NCBI RefSeq assembly: GCF_009914755.1
Contig: NC_060942.1
DNA from: the human T2T-CHM13v2.0 reference genome, Homo sapiens
DNA length: 64,000 bases
Strand: one strand, 5' to 3'
Shown here: positions 1 through 28,470 of the stretch, piece after piece
Layout: the number at the start of each line of letters is the position of its first letter
Numbering within the stretch: the first letter of the stretch is position 1
Made by a program: the position numbers and the translations under genes
Notes under the pieces: model-generated
The model's database searches: none
Told to the model about the DNA's origin: nothing
The model's input: only the letters and a program-made list of their open reading frames with translations

Positions 1-227
1 CTTGGCCTCAAGTGATCCTCCCACCTGGGCCTCCCAAAGTGTTGAGATAACAGGCATGAGCCACTGCACCTGGCCACCCTAGGAAATTTAGAGCAGCCCA
101 AGAAAACTGCAGAGTGGGTCAGGGCCAGAGGCAGCTGGACAGGTCTTGGTGTACAAAGTGCCCCCATCCTGAAGGGGAGAGCAATGTTTTATAAGACAGC
201 AGAGGGAAGGTATTAATAGATTACAGC

Positions 228-595
228 GGTATTAGTCCAATTTCACACTGTTATAAAGATACTACCCAAGACTGGGTAATTTATAAACAAAGGAGGTTTA
301 ATTGGCTCACAGTTCTGCATTGCTGGAGAGGCCTCAGGAAACTTACAATCATGGCGGAAAGGGAAGCAGGCACTTTCTTCACAAGGCAGCAGGAGAGACA
401 GAGAAGAGCCCAGGGGAACTGCCATTTATAAAACCATCAGATCTCGTGAGAACTCCCTCACTATCACGAAATGAGAACAGCAAGGGGGAAACCATCCCCA
501 TAATCCAATCACCTCCTACCAGGTCCATCCCTCAACACCTGGGGATTACAATTAGAGATGAGATTTAGGTGGAGACATAAAGCCAAACCACATCA
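228..595 (-). mobile_element. THE1/MST-family (ERVL-MaLR) solo LTR, THE1D-like
   Basis: Termini gtattagtcc...ccaaaccacatca, with a perfect 5-bp target-site duplication ACAGC (223-227 and 596-600). Confidence 0.88.
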
Positions 596-694
596 ACAGC
601 TAAGCCTAAAATCTAAAGCTCATTATATACCACGAAATGCACATGGATCGTTTTGACCACAGCTTGACCTGTTCTCCTTACCCCGTGGTTATAG

Positions 695-771
695 GTTTGA
701 AGATGGCACCATCTCATTCCTTGATGTTATCGCGCTAAAACATGGATTTGACACCCTAGAGCGCCTCACAG
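695..771 (+). CDS. MOCOS: MOCOS coding exon (exon 5 by recalled numbering), 77 bp: (R)FEDGTISFLDVIALKHGFDTLERLT(G)
   Basis: Acceptor ttatag| and donor |gtcagt. FEDGT motif of the NifS-like class V aminotransferase fold. Phase matches the next exon. Confidence 0.95.
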
Positions 772-1629
772 GTCAGTGGACATTTCTATCCCTGTGGAAT
801 TTGCTCCTGTTGTGTCCTTGAGGGAGCTCTGGCACAGGTGTGATTCAGGTAAAGGAGACAGAGTCTGTGGAAGTGACTGGCACTCCATGTAGTTAAATTT
901 GATTCCTAGTAACTTCAAAACCACTTCAGAGAGCAAGAGAATGAGGTGGGGTTTTTGGATTGTTTTTTGTTTTTTCAGCTAAAATAACATTTTAACAGGT
1001 AGAAGACATTCCAAATCAGGAGATTGCTAGCTTCACAGAATGAGAGGAGCATCCCTGGGTCCTGGGAATGGTTACAGATCCTGAGGCCTTTACCTGCTCT
1101 TGCCTTTCTGGGTCCTCCCCACTGCCCCACGGGGGAGCTCTGCCTATGAATGAGCTGATGCTCAGAGAGGTTAAACGCCTTCCAGGCCAGGGAGCTGGAA
1201 ACCAGGAGGGCAAGGATTTAACCCAAGTCATACTGATGCCTAACCATGAGCACCCAACCACTGTGTCTGCCGATGGTCTTCGCATGAGGCATGATTTCTT
1301 TCCTGGCCATTGCTCTTTTGTCACAGTAATGGGACCCTTCAGTGCCTTAACCTTAGCCTTAGCCCAACATAGGGGCAGACAGGATTCACGGGAAGAGAGG
1401 GTCGCCCTGATGGCAATGCAGGGAGGTGAGTGGGCATGATCTGGGACAAACGGAGTAGTTAATAAATACAGGCAGTGAGTAGTGAGTACTTTCCAAGGAA
1501 AGATATTAACAGGGCCCCCAAACTGCAGGTGACAGTGTCTAACAGGTCCAGGTAGCTCGGAATGCAAAGGTTGACTGTACCAGTCCACAATATGGCAAAC
1601 CCTGATTTTTTTCCTATGTCATTGTTCCT

Positions 1630-1985
1630 TTTTTAAAAAATAAAAATTGTGGTAAACTATACATAACATAAAACTTACCATTTTAACTATTTTTAAGTGT
1701 ACAACTCAGTCGTAGTAAATACATTCACAATGTCGTGCCACCATCACCACTATCTATTTCCAGAACTTTACCGTACCAAACAGAAACTCTGTACCCATTA
1801 AACAATAACTCTCTATTTCCTCCTCCCCTTCCAACCCTTGGAACTACTTTTTTTTCTCTGTGGATTTGCCTATTCTTGGTAACTCATCTAAGTAGAATCA
1901 TACGACATTTGTCCTTTTGTGTCTGGCTTCACTTAGCACGTTTCCAAGATTCATTCATGTTGAAGCATGTATTCTTCATTGCTTT
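1630..1985 (-). mobile_element. Old L1M (L1MB-like) 3' end fragment
   Basis: Reverse-complement L1M 3'UTR text (aaattgtggtaaac...acataacataaaacttacc...tttgtccttttgtgtctggctt). Confidence 0.7.
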
Positions 1986-2288
1986 GTGTAGTGTTAAAAT
2001 GATTTAAACATTAATAATAAAAACAAACAGCAAAAATATGTTTAGAGGAAAAAACATACATTTTGTGATCTGTTACCAAAGGGTCTAAATATCTAAATGT
2101 TTAAGTAACATTATGTATAAAAAAGAGGATGACAGGAATGCCTATGGAAAAATTCTGTTGTTCAGTACTGAAGACCTAAACATTTGTCACAAGGGCAGTA
2201 CCATCCACTATTTACACACATTTAAAATTATTAATGTGAGGTCCAGGTTTGCCAGTTATAACAAACTTGTTTTCTTAAAAGTGAGTTA

Positions 2289-2863
<575 letters not shown>

Positions 2864-3308
2864 GTGGGTTTTCTTTCCATCCTGCTGACTTTATTACAAC
2901 TCATCCTAGTTCCAGACGAGAGCAATGCAGTGTGACAAAGTCCATGCACTGTTGAAGAGGCCACCAGGCCCTCAGCCACATGCCTTTCCACCTTCATTCA
3001 CCCTCGTTTTTCAGTCCTCTTTACTCAGCCAAAAGTGGTAACTTTCAAATGGGAAGAAAGAGGCCAGTTCTTCTGATGGCAGGTGGGAAACTGTTGGGTC
3101 TTTGCCATAGTAGAATAAGCTGTTCACTTCACTTCCTGGTCCACTAAAATGTCCAGAGTTGCACTGAGCACTCAGGCATGGTGGTAGGTGGTTATCAGAC
3201 GGGGTGTCACAGATGGACAACAGGAACCAAATGTTACTCCCAGAGCAGCACTGTGGGGAATGGATTCAATCGTTGGGTGTTTGGAAGACGGTGCTGGTTT
3301 TTCCTTGA

Positions 3309-4133
<825 letters not shown>

Positions 4134-4139
4134 GTTCTT

Positions 4140-7760
<3,621 letters not shown>

Positions 7761-8155
7761 ATCCACATTTGTTAAACCCTAGATTTCCCAAACAAAATTC
7801 ATTTCCCAAGGAATCTTTTTCTCCACTTTTCTGAGTAGCCATAAACTTTCTAAAGAATACTATTGGGCAATATTCTTCTGGGGGAGATGTCGGTCCTCAC
7901 TGGTGTTCAGGGCAGACACTGTACAGCCACAGGTGGTCTCTTGAGTATGGCAGCTGTGCAGACCCCTTGCCCCCACTGCCCTCAGCTGTCAGTACTGGCA
8001 GAACCAGCCCTGACACTACTAAGAAGCACAATATTTTAAATGCTTTTGGAGGGGACAAGGTGGAAAATGCATCAGAGGCAAAAGGTTTGCCTTCTTAAAT
8101 ATGTTATTCTAGGTCATTGGTAACATAAGTTTTATTCTTGAATCAAAAGTAAATG

Positions 8156-8437
8156 TGCCTGGGTGCGGTGGCTCACACCTGTAATCCTAGCACTTTGGGA
8201 GGCCGAGGTTGGTGGACCACCTGAGGTCAGGAGTTGGAGACTATCCTGGCCAACATGGCGAAACCCTGTCTCTACTAAAAATACAAAAATTAGCTGGGCG
8301 TGGTGGCACACACCTGTAACCCCAGCTACTCAGAAGGCTGAGGCAGGAGAATCACTTGAACCCGAGAGGTGGAAGTTGCCATGAGCTGAGATTGTACCAC
8401 TGCACTCCAGCCTGGGTGACAGAGCAAGACTCTGTCT

Positions 8438-8480
<43 letters not shown>
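8156..8480 (+). mobile_element. AluS with an uninterrupted A42 tail
   Basis: Alu consensus, A run 8439-8480, and TSD aaaagtaaatgtg/aaaagtaactgtg. Confidence 0.92.
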
Positions 8481-8484
<4 letters not shown>

Positions 8485-9319
8485 CTGTGTGTGCTGTGGC
8501 AGTGGCATGGGATTGGTAGTGGAGAAGAAGCCTCCAAGAAGAAGAATCACCAGGGTGTGAGGCTGCCTGTGTGGGTGTCTGGGGACTCTCATTCCCCAGG
8601 GCTAGACACAGGATGAGTTTCTCCCTCTGTGCCTTGGTAGAGGAAGCTCGTTGTGTGAATGGATTCTGTGGCTAAGGCATGACTAACTGTGCCAGTTCAA
8701 GAAAGTGCAGTTACGGTTTTTTCAGGTTCAGGGAACTTCACGATATGGGAATTTCCTCAGGGATTTTGGTGGCCTTCGGAAACATCAGCTGGGTTTGGCT
8801 GTCTCTTTTTCATCAGGGGATGTGTAAAGAATTTAGCTTCCTATGAGAAGGCTTTGTGTTCTTGTTTTGGTATATCCAGGCTTCTAATTTTATTCTCCCA
8901 CTGTTGGAAGTCACTGCATGGTGATTAAGAGCAGGGACTCAGAGTCTGTCTGCCTCTTGCCAGCTCTGTGAACTTGGGCAAGTTAAGTTCTCCAAGACTC
9001 TGTGAAATGGGGATAACAATATACCCTGATTATAGTGTTGATATGAGGATTAAATGAGACACAATATATACATCCCTTAGCACAGGACCCAGAAGAAAGT
9101 AAGTGCTCAATGAATGTTGGGCACAAAGGCTCCCGGGCTGGGAGCCTCCAGGGCATTGTGGCTGGGCCTGTTTCTCAGTCCTCCCTGAATGCTGTGCTCA
9201 TCCTGCCATAGAAAACAACCTCCTTCACCTGGCTGGGCACAGTCTGGGCCTGTGTGGGATTCCCCAGGGCTGAGGGCAAGAAGAGACTGATGCATAAAAG
9301 GGAAATTAGGACAAAGGGT

Positions 9320-9922
9320 AAGTGTGGCTGCAACAGCATCTTCTGCTCACATCCTCTCCTGCCATGAGACTTTGACACTCCTCCATGGAGGGCTGGGGAT
9401 CTGTGGGTCTTCCCCTAGAATCTGGGCTGATCTGTGACTCGCTCATAGCTAACAGAGTGCCGGGAGGATGACACTGCATGGCTTCTAAGGCTAGATCAGA
9501 AGAGATGATGCCCTATTGGCTTTGTTCCCTGGGACACTAGCTTTGGAGCCTGGAGTTACGCTGTCAGCTACTGTCTCGAGCCCTGAGGCTGCTGTGTGTG
9601 CTGCAAGGATGCCAAGCCACATGGAGACGCCAAGCTCAGGACTGTGGCTGGCGGTCCTAATTCTGAAGCCCTTCCAGCCTGTGGACCAGAAAGACCCAGG
9701 AGTAAAGGAGTCTCCAGATGATCCCAACCCCCAGATGCCAAACTACTCCCAGACTTTGAGTCTTCCTAGCTGAGACTCCAGACATTTTGAGACAGACAGG
9801 AGACATCTCCTCCATGCCCTGTTTAAATTCTTCCCACACTGTAGCCATGAGCTGCATAAAATGGTTGTTGTTTTATTCTCCCTAGTTTGGGTGGCCTACT
9901 TCACAGCAAAAGTAACTGGAAT
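9320..9922 (+). mobile_element. Ancient MLT1-type (MaLR) LTR
   Basis: Degenerate MLT1 hallmarks near the 3' end (aaattcttcccac...ataaaatggttgttgtttt...agtttggg...cagcaaaagtaactggaa). Confidence 0.6.
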
Positions 9923-10965
9923 GGTGAATATGGGGGAGTGGGTGAGGGGCAGCCACGGGGACTCTAATTCAGCCTGGTGGGAGCTGGACGGGGGTCGGGG
10001 GTCTCCCTAGTAGTTGCCTTGTGACGGGAAACCTGACCTGGAGATGGAGTTGGCCAGGCCCAGTAGAGCTGCCAGGACTCACCTTAGAGCTGGGAAACTC
10101 CTGAATTCACTAGCAGGTCTGCATGCCAGTGGGCCATTAGCCAAGGGTGAAGGAACAGAATTGTTCATCTGAAGCCCCTCAGTTCAACCCAGAGAATGGC
10201 TTCTTCTCACACACCAGAGGAGATGGCCAAAGTGAAGACTGCCGTGGTCTTGATAAGGGTCTGTGGGAGGCATCGTTGCCCAGCCAAGATCCCTGGCTGA
10301 CCACACGGTGACCTCTGGCCACCCCACATGTGACTTCCCAGGGAGAAAAATTCAAAGGCTCACTCAGCTGAGCAAGATGTGTTTATTTTCCTGAATGCAG
10401 TTCAGTGACTCCTCCTCCTGAATTCAGCCTGAGCCCCCAGGGTGAGGACTCTTACTGGGCCCCCAGGCCCTTGGGGAATGGAGTACTTGATTCACAGCCT
10501 GGAGGAACTGGAGCAAACATCCCAGGGGCTCATGTGAATGAGAACCACCTCCCAGAGCCTTCAGAGGGCAGGAAAGAGCTTTGGGAACTTCTGGACTGAA
10601 AAGCAATTCTGTGATTAAACCGAAAGTTGGAGAAAGTAGGAAAAGCAAATCAATTATACTCAGCATGGACACAGTAACACTTGGAGTCCAGGCTGCGAGC
10701 TGAGGCGGGGCTGCTCGGAATAACACTTCGCGGGGCCTGCTCTGTGGTCCAACCCTGTGCAGCTGATGCCAAGAAGCCACTGTCTCCAGCCCCACTGAAA
10801 CATTTTATACAACGTTTAACCTGTGATAAATCATTTTAGAGGACAATTCCAGGCTTGTATCATCATTTTATTATTAGGAAAGAGAGGTCCAAATCCTGAT
10901 CTGAATCTCTCAGAGTAAAACTGCACGTTGGTAATGGCTCATTCCATGTTACATTAAATCCGCAG

Positions 10966-11082
10966 GTGGACAAAATGGCCAGTCTTTACAACATCCACCT
11001 GCGAACTGGCTGCTTCTGTAACACTGGGGCCTGCCAGAGGCACCTGGGCATAAGCAACGAGATGGTCAGGAAGCATTTTCAG
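10966..11082 (+). CDS. MOCOS: MOCOS exon 7, 117 bp: [39 protein letters not shown]; contains the persulfide-forming cysteine motif
   Basis: Acceptor cgcag| and donor |gttggt. RTGCFCN catalytic motif. Confidence 0.97.
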
Positions 11083-11242
11083 GTTGGTACAGGGCTCTGC
11101 GATCCAGACGCTGGTCAGCGAGACCCAGCAACACCTGTTGCTGCCTGCGTGTCTGGGGTGGGGGCTGCTGCTGCATACTCATTTCTCCACGCCTACTCTG
11201 TGCATGTACAAAGGAAAAGGAATACAAATGGAAAATGCTTCA

Positions 11243-11875
<633 letters not shown>

Positions 11876-13111
11876 AATGCTTCAAGATATTATCTCTATA
11901 GCAGACTTTCAGATTCATTTTTTACTTTGAGGCCAACCATTTAAAGGCAAGGGAGGGGTGTTAACAAGGGATGTGTGAGGATGTGCCCTTACCTGGTTCA
12001 GCCCTCCTGAGGTACGGCCTCCAAGCTAGAGTTAGCTGACATCTGGGTTGGGTGCGGTGTGGAACTCTTCTAGGGCTCCAGGGATTCTGCGTCTCCCAGA
12101 ATCCCCACCCTCCCTGTCTCTTCCCTGGGCTGAGGTTTTTCACTTCAGGGTATAGCCTGTTTTGAACCATTTCATTAGGAATAATTTGAGTGGCAAAGAG
12201 TGTTTATTGATTTGAGTTTCTAATTTGATTTTCCTTTGGTTGCTGTGAAATACTGTATATACTAGATCTCAACTAACCATGAACTGAGTTTTGTTTAAAA
12301 AGAAAGAGGGATAGGACAGAAGGAGAGGGAGGAGATAGGAGAGAGGGAGGAGAAGAAATAGAGAGGGAGAGGGAGGCTCAGAACACAAACACAGCTCCAG
12401 ATAGAATATTTGGTCCTATGGAACGCTGTGGCTCCATTTGTTCGGGTGTCTGACCCGGATCCAGCACCAAGGTTTGTCCAGGACTGCTCCATGCACTGTG
12501 CTGACCTGTGACCAACACCAGGCAGCCGGGCTCGGAGACTGAGATTCTCCTGCCTTTCTTCCCCATCTCCCTGCAGGGGCACTCAAGCTGACCTTGGCCT
12601 TCACAGTGGCCCGGGGCTGGTCATTTGCAGGGGCAGCATCTCTGCCTTTCCCTGTTGTCAAGGGGCAGCTCTCAGGGATGCAGGCCTCCCCTCAGTAATG
12701 AGAGGCTAACGAGAGTGACCAGTGATGTTTCTCCCATCTCAGCCCCGGGTAGACCTTGAGGTTGACCCCTTGGTGCTTCTGAAACCTTAGTCTGTGTTTT
12801 GACACCTCTGTGAGCCAGCCCTGTGCCTGGCTCTAGGTAAATGCTTTCCATGAAGTATTTCTATTAAACTTTTAATGGCCCCTTGAGATTGATATTGGTC
12901 CCAATTTACAGTTGAGCAAAATGAGATCCAGAAAGTGGTCCCCTGCAGGTAGAGAGCTGAACTATGTCCCAGACGCACAGCACATATTAATGTTGCAGTT
13001 CTGTTTTCCTGGGTTAATTTTAAAATTAACAAAATTTATTTTGCCGAACTGTTTCCAATGTCTCTATGAGAAAGGGGTCACTCTGGCTGATGCACTTCCC
13101 TCTTATCCTAG

Positions 13112-13573
13112 GCTGGTCATGTCTGTGGGGACAATATGGACCTCATAGATGGGCAGCCCACAGGATCTGTGAGGATTTCATTTGGATACATGTCGACGCT
13201 GGATGATGTCCAGGCCTTTCTTAGGTTCATCATAGACACTCGCCTGCACTCATCAGGGGACTGGCCTGTCCCTCAGGCCCATGCTGACACCGGGGAGACT
13301 GGAGCCCCATCAGCAGACAGCCAGGCTGATGTTATACCTGCTGTCATGGGCAGACGTAGCCTCTCGCCTCAGGAAGATGCCCTCACAGGCTCCAGGGTTT
13401 GGAACAACTCGTCTACTGTGAATGCTGTGCCTGTGGCCCCACCTGTGTGTGATGTCGCCAGAACCCAGCCGACTCCTTCAGAGAAAGCTGCAGGAGTCCT
13501 GGAGGGGGCCCTTGGGCCACATGTTGTCACTAACCTTTATCTCTATCCAATCAAATCCTGTGCTGCATTTGAG
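13112..13573 (+). CDS. MOCOS: MOCOS exon 8, 462 bp: AGHVCGDNMDLIDGQPTGSVRISFGYMST...linker...LYLYPIKSCAAFE
   Basis: Acceptor cctag| and donor |gtaagg. Overlaps ORF 13136..13633. Has the end of the NifS-like domain (GSVRISFGY) and the start of MOSC_N (YPIKSC). Confidence 0.97.
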
Positions 13574-14059
13574 GTAAGGAATTTCACAGCAGCACAGAAA
13601 GTCTTCTCTTTGTTTACTCTCTCTATTTTTTGATAAAGTGAAGAAAAGCATGAAAAAAATCAAAATCATTCATCAGAGTGTTGTGGTGAGAAAAGCCATT
13701 CTCACTCTCCCTTTCTTGGTCTGTGCTGACTTTTGAACATGACTGCTCACGGGGACTCCTGAGAGGACCCTGTTTCTGAGTGGTGAATGTGTCATTACTC
13801 TTATTAATTATAGCTGTAACTTTCACTGAATGTGTGTGCTGGCTGTGTGCTGAAGCATTGTATGTGTTTATTTGTTTCATTTGATCCTTAAAATGGTGAA
13901 ATATGAGGTAGATAGTAATATTATCCCTATTTTATAGATATGGAGCCTGAGGGTTTTGAGGTTAAGCACTTTGCCCAGGTGACCTGAAGATATGTCAAAA
14001 GGACACAAGAGCCAGCTTGAAGGAGCTCCCGTTGGCCAAGTCTTTGGCAATATGTACAT

Positions 14060-14960
14060 CAAAATAAGTACTGATAGTGATGAGTGGTGAGCATTTGAGA
14101 AACACAGGAATCCATGAGTCCAGTAGAAAGTAAAAATGAATTAGCGAATAAATAGAGAAGAAGCTCAACCCTACTATAGAATACCAACTAATAAATCAAT
14201 GATAGAATTTTAAAAACTACCATTTTGCAACCATCATGCCAATAATTGATTTAGGCAATAGTCATCAATAGATGCTAAATCTAATGAATGAAAATTTGAT
14301 AAGTAACAGGATATCTGCATATTCTGAAAATATCTCTCCATAAAATACTTATTAATTAGTAAGTACCGCCTACTTATTGATGAATTTTACAATGGAGAAA
14401 CCTAATAGACCCCATGTTAACCAAGTGGCAAAAGTTGACATCACCAACATTGGGACAAATGAATGGGGTGTGTCTCCTGGGATGTACAGAGAAGAACATA
14501 GCGTTGGTCCTGAGGCATTCCTACCAAAAATGCAGAAATAATAAGGAAGCTCAGATAATCCCACCTTAAGAGACATTTAGCAAGGTAGCTGGACTCTACT
14601 TCTCAAAAATATCATGGTTGTGAAAGACAAGAGGAGACTGAAGGAGACTAGAGAGACGCGACAAATGTATGCAACGTGATATTCGATGCAGACAGCAGAG
14701 GTGGAATCTGAATGGAGTCTATTGATTAGTTGTAATATCAGGTCAATGGTAATTCCTAATTTTGATGGTTGTACTGGGGTTATGTCAGAGAGTGTCCTTA
14801 TACTTAGAATATGTACAGTAGAGTATTATGGGGATGATGAGACATTATTTTGCAACTTATTCTCAAATGATTTAGAAAAGTCAACAATCAGAATTGGAGT
14901 GAAACGTTTATGGGAGCTCTGTGAACTGTAACTACTTTTATTTAAGCTTAAAGTATATTA
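14060..14960 (+). mobile_element. Ancient L1MC/ME 3' region fragments
   Basis: Degenerate L1M 3'UTR text (tttacaatggagaaacct...aaccaagtg...aagttgacatcacca; aattttgatggttgtactg). Confidence 0.55.
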
Positions 14961-16114
14961 AAAATATTAAATTTTAATTTTTCTAAATTGTGGCATCAGT
15001 AAATAATGTTACTTTTTTTTGCATCTTTACTACTGAGGGTAGCTGGGCTCCCTTATGTGTGCACTGCAGGGACATCTATGACTAGTTCTGTGGTTGGAAC
15101 TCTGAACCTTTGCCTTTGTCCACACCCTTCTTCAGCAGACAGCTGGCTCAGGAAAAGCCCTCATTGAAGGGACATTGCACCCATGCTATCACTTGCTGGT
15201 GCTGTTAAAACCTAACCTGTGGACAACCGCTCCTGCAAAGGGCAGGAGCAGGAAGCCAGCAGAGACGAAATTGGACTAATTCTCTCTGTACTCAGAGAAA
15301 GCACATCCTTGCTAAAATAAAGGTTCAAAGAAGAAACGAGATGAAAACTGAATTGGTCTTGTAGCTTAGGAAATAAGTGGAGGGGATGTATGAAACTTAC
15401 AGAATGTAACCCACAGCTGTTTATTCCCAACTAAACCCCCAGATGGCTTAGGGAACCACCATGACATCTTGTGAGGATGCTGCAGCCTTTCCTCAATGTG
15501 GGCCTCTGTTTCTGAACTTGGGCCCTTCTCACAATTACATGAAGCTGCTTCTATTGCTCCACAGCTGAACTTCTATACCAGAATGGTCAACCCAAAGAAC
15601 ATCATCTCCATTAGTTTAGGATCTCACCATCTTGCAAAAGCAGGATGGGGCGACAAGGCTTGGCATCTGTGGTAGGTGAACCCAGAGATATGGTGGAAGG
15701 AGCAGCAGGAGGGAGCTGCTGGTGGGACGGCTACACCTCTTATACAGGTCAGCTGTAGGCTGGGAAACTGCACTTCAGAGACCCTGATGGAAGGAAAACA
15801 AGCAAAGTTAGAAATAATCAATGCCTCTTGTTATTCTGTGATGTCAGCTTTTGATACCTATACCCACCTAACTGGTGGTTTTAATTTTTTCCATCAGCAG
15901 ACTCTGTCAAATTTAATTTTACCTTTTATGGCTTTTTTTTTTTCTTTTAGAGAAACACACCACCAGGAAGAACATTTGTACCTTATCTTCCGGGTCTTCG
16001 AAAAAGCCAGCATCTTTTTGGGGAAACAGTTTAAAACTAGTTTCTCAGGGAGCTTTCTTCTGTGCTGAAAGACTTCTTACTTGCTACTCACTTTATCCAT
16101 TTATTCATTTGCTT

Positions 16115-18581
<2,467 letters not shown>

Positions 18582-18699
18582 TTACTTAAGTTTCTTTTAT
18601 TTTCTTCACTCATCATCATGTATACTGCAGGCTTTAATTCATCCTTGTTGATTTTGTTATGAGTGACATGAATGATCAAACCAATAGAAAAGTATAGGC

Positions 18700-18892
18700 C
18701 CACTCTGTTTAGTAGAACTTTCTGTGGTGATGAAAATGTTCAAACTATACCTTGTCCAGTTTAGTGGCCACCAGTCACTTGTGACTATTGAAATGTGGCT
18801 AGTGGGACACTAGAACTGAATTTTAAATTTTACTTAATTTTAATTAGTTTAAATAGCTACGTGTAGCTATGCTACAGTGTTGGACAGCACGG
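18700..18892. mobile_element. MER3-like hAT-Charlie DNA transposon remnant
   Basis: ctgtttagtagaactttctgtggtgatgaaaatgttc...gtgttggacagcac resembles the MER3 consensus as I recall it. Confidence 0.6.
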
Positions 18893-19204
18893 GTATAAAG
18901 AATAATACACAATTACAGCATTCAATTTTAGCAAATCTTAACATTTGGCCACATTTCCTTTAGGTCCTCCTCCTCCTCTTCCTTTTTCTTTTTTAGCACA
19001 CATACGTACATACATAAAACATTACATAGCAGTTGTGGTGCTGGGTTAAAAAAAGGTAAAAGACATTACAGATACAGCAGAAATTTCCTGTGGACCTCTC
19101 CTGAGTCTTACTCCTCCTCCTTTCCCATTCCACTAACTTGCAGTTGTACTTTTGTGATATATAACATTTCCATATATTCACGATTGTGTTTCTTGGCTGT
19201 AAGT

Positions 19205-19243
19205 GTTCTGTTCTGTTCTGTTCTGTTCTGTTCTGTTCTGTTC
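19205..19243. repeat. (TTCTG)n pentanucleotide microsatellite, about 7 units
   Basis: Directly visible. Confidence 0.95.
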
Positions 19244-19659
19244 CCGTGGTTTATTTTTCCTTGAACCAAGAGGCCAGTGTTATTACTAGAGTTATAGAAT
19301 AAGTCTTGATATCCCATTGTTTTTTTTTTTTTTTTTGAGACAGAGTTTCACTCTTGTTGTCCAGGCTGGAGTGCAATGGCGTGATCTCGGCTCACTGCAA
19401 CCTCTGCCTCCTGGGTTCAGCGATTCTTGTGCTTCAGCCTCCCGAGTAGCTGGGATTACAGGCATGCAGCACCATGACTGGCTGATTTTGTATTTTTAGT
19501 AGAGACAGGGTTTCTCCGTGTTGGTAAGGCTGGTCTCGAACTCCCGACCTCAGGTGATCTGCCCACCTTGGCATCCCAAAGTGCTGGGATTACAGGCATA
19601 AGCCACTGCGCTGGCCCTATTATCCCATTTGTTTAAATTGTCTGTTGTCACATATTGCA

Positions 19660-28470
<8,811 letters not shown>

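Noticed and set aside
1016-1588. 190-aa minus-strand ORF with an overlapping 123-aa plus-strand ORF
   Set aside because: No recognisable domain, splice context or codon bias. The length is within chance for intronic DNA.
10690-10745. Small CpG-rich patch with a GC-box-like GAGGCGGGGC upstream of exon 7
   Set aside because: About 50 bp long, far too short for a CpG island, and there is no other promoter evidence.
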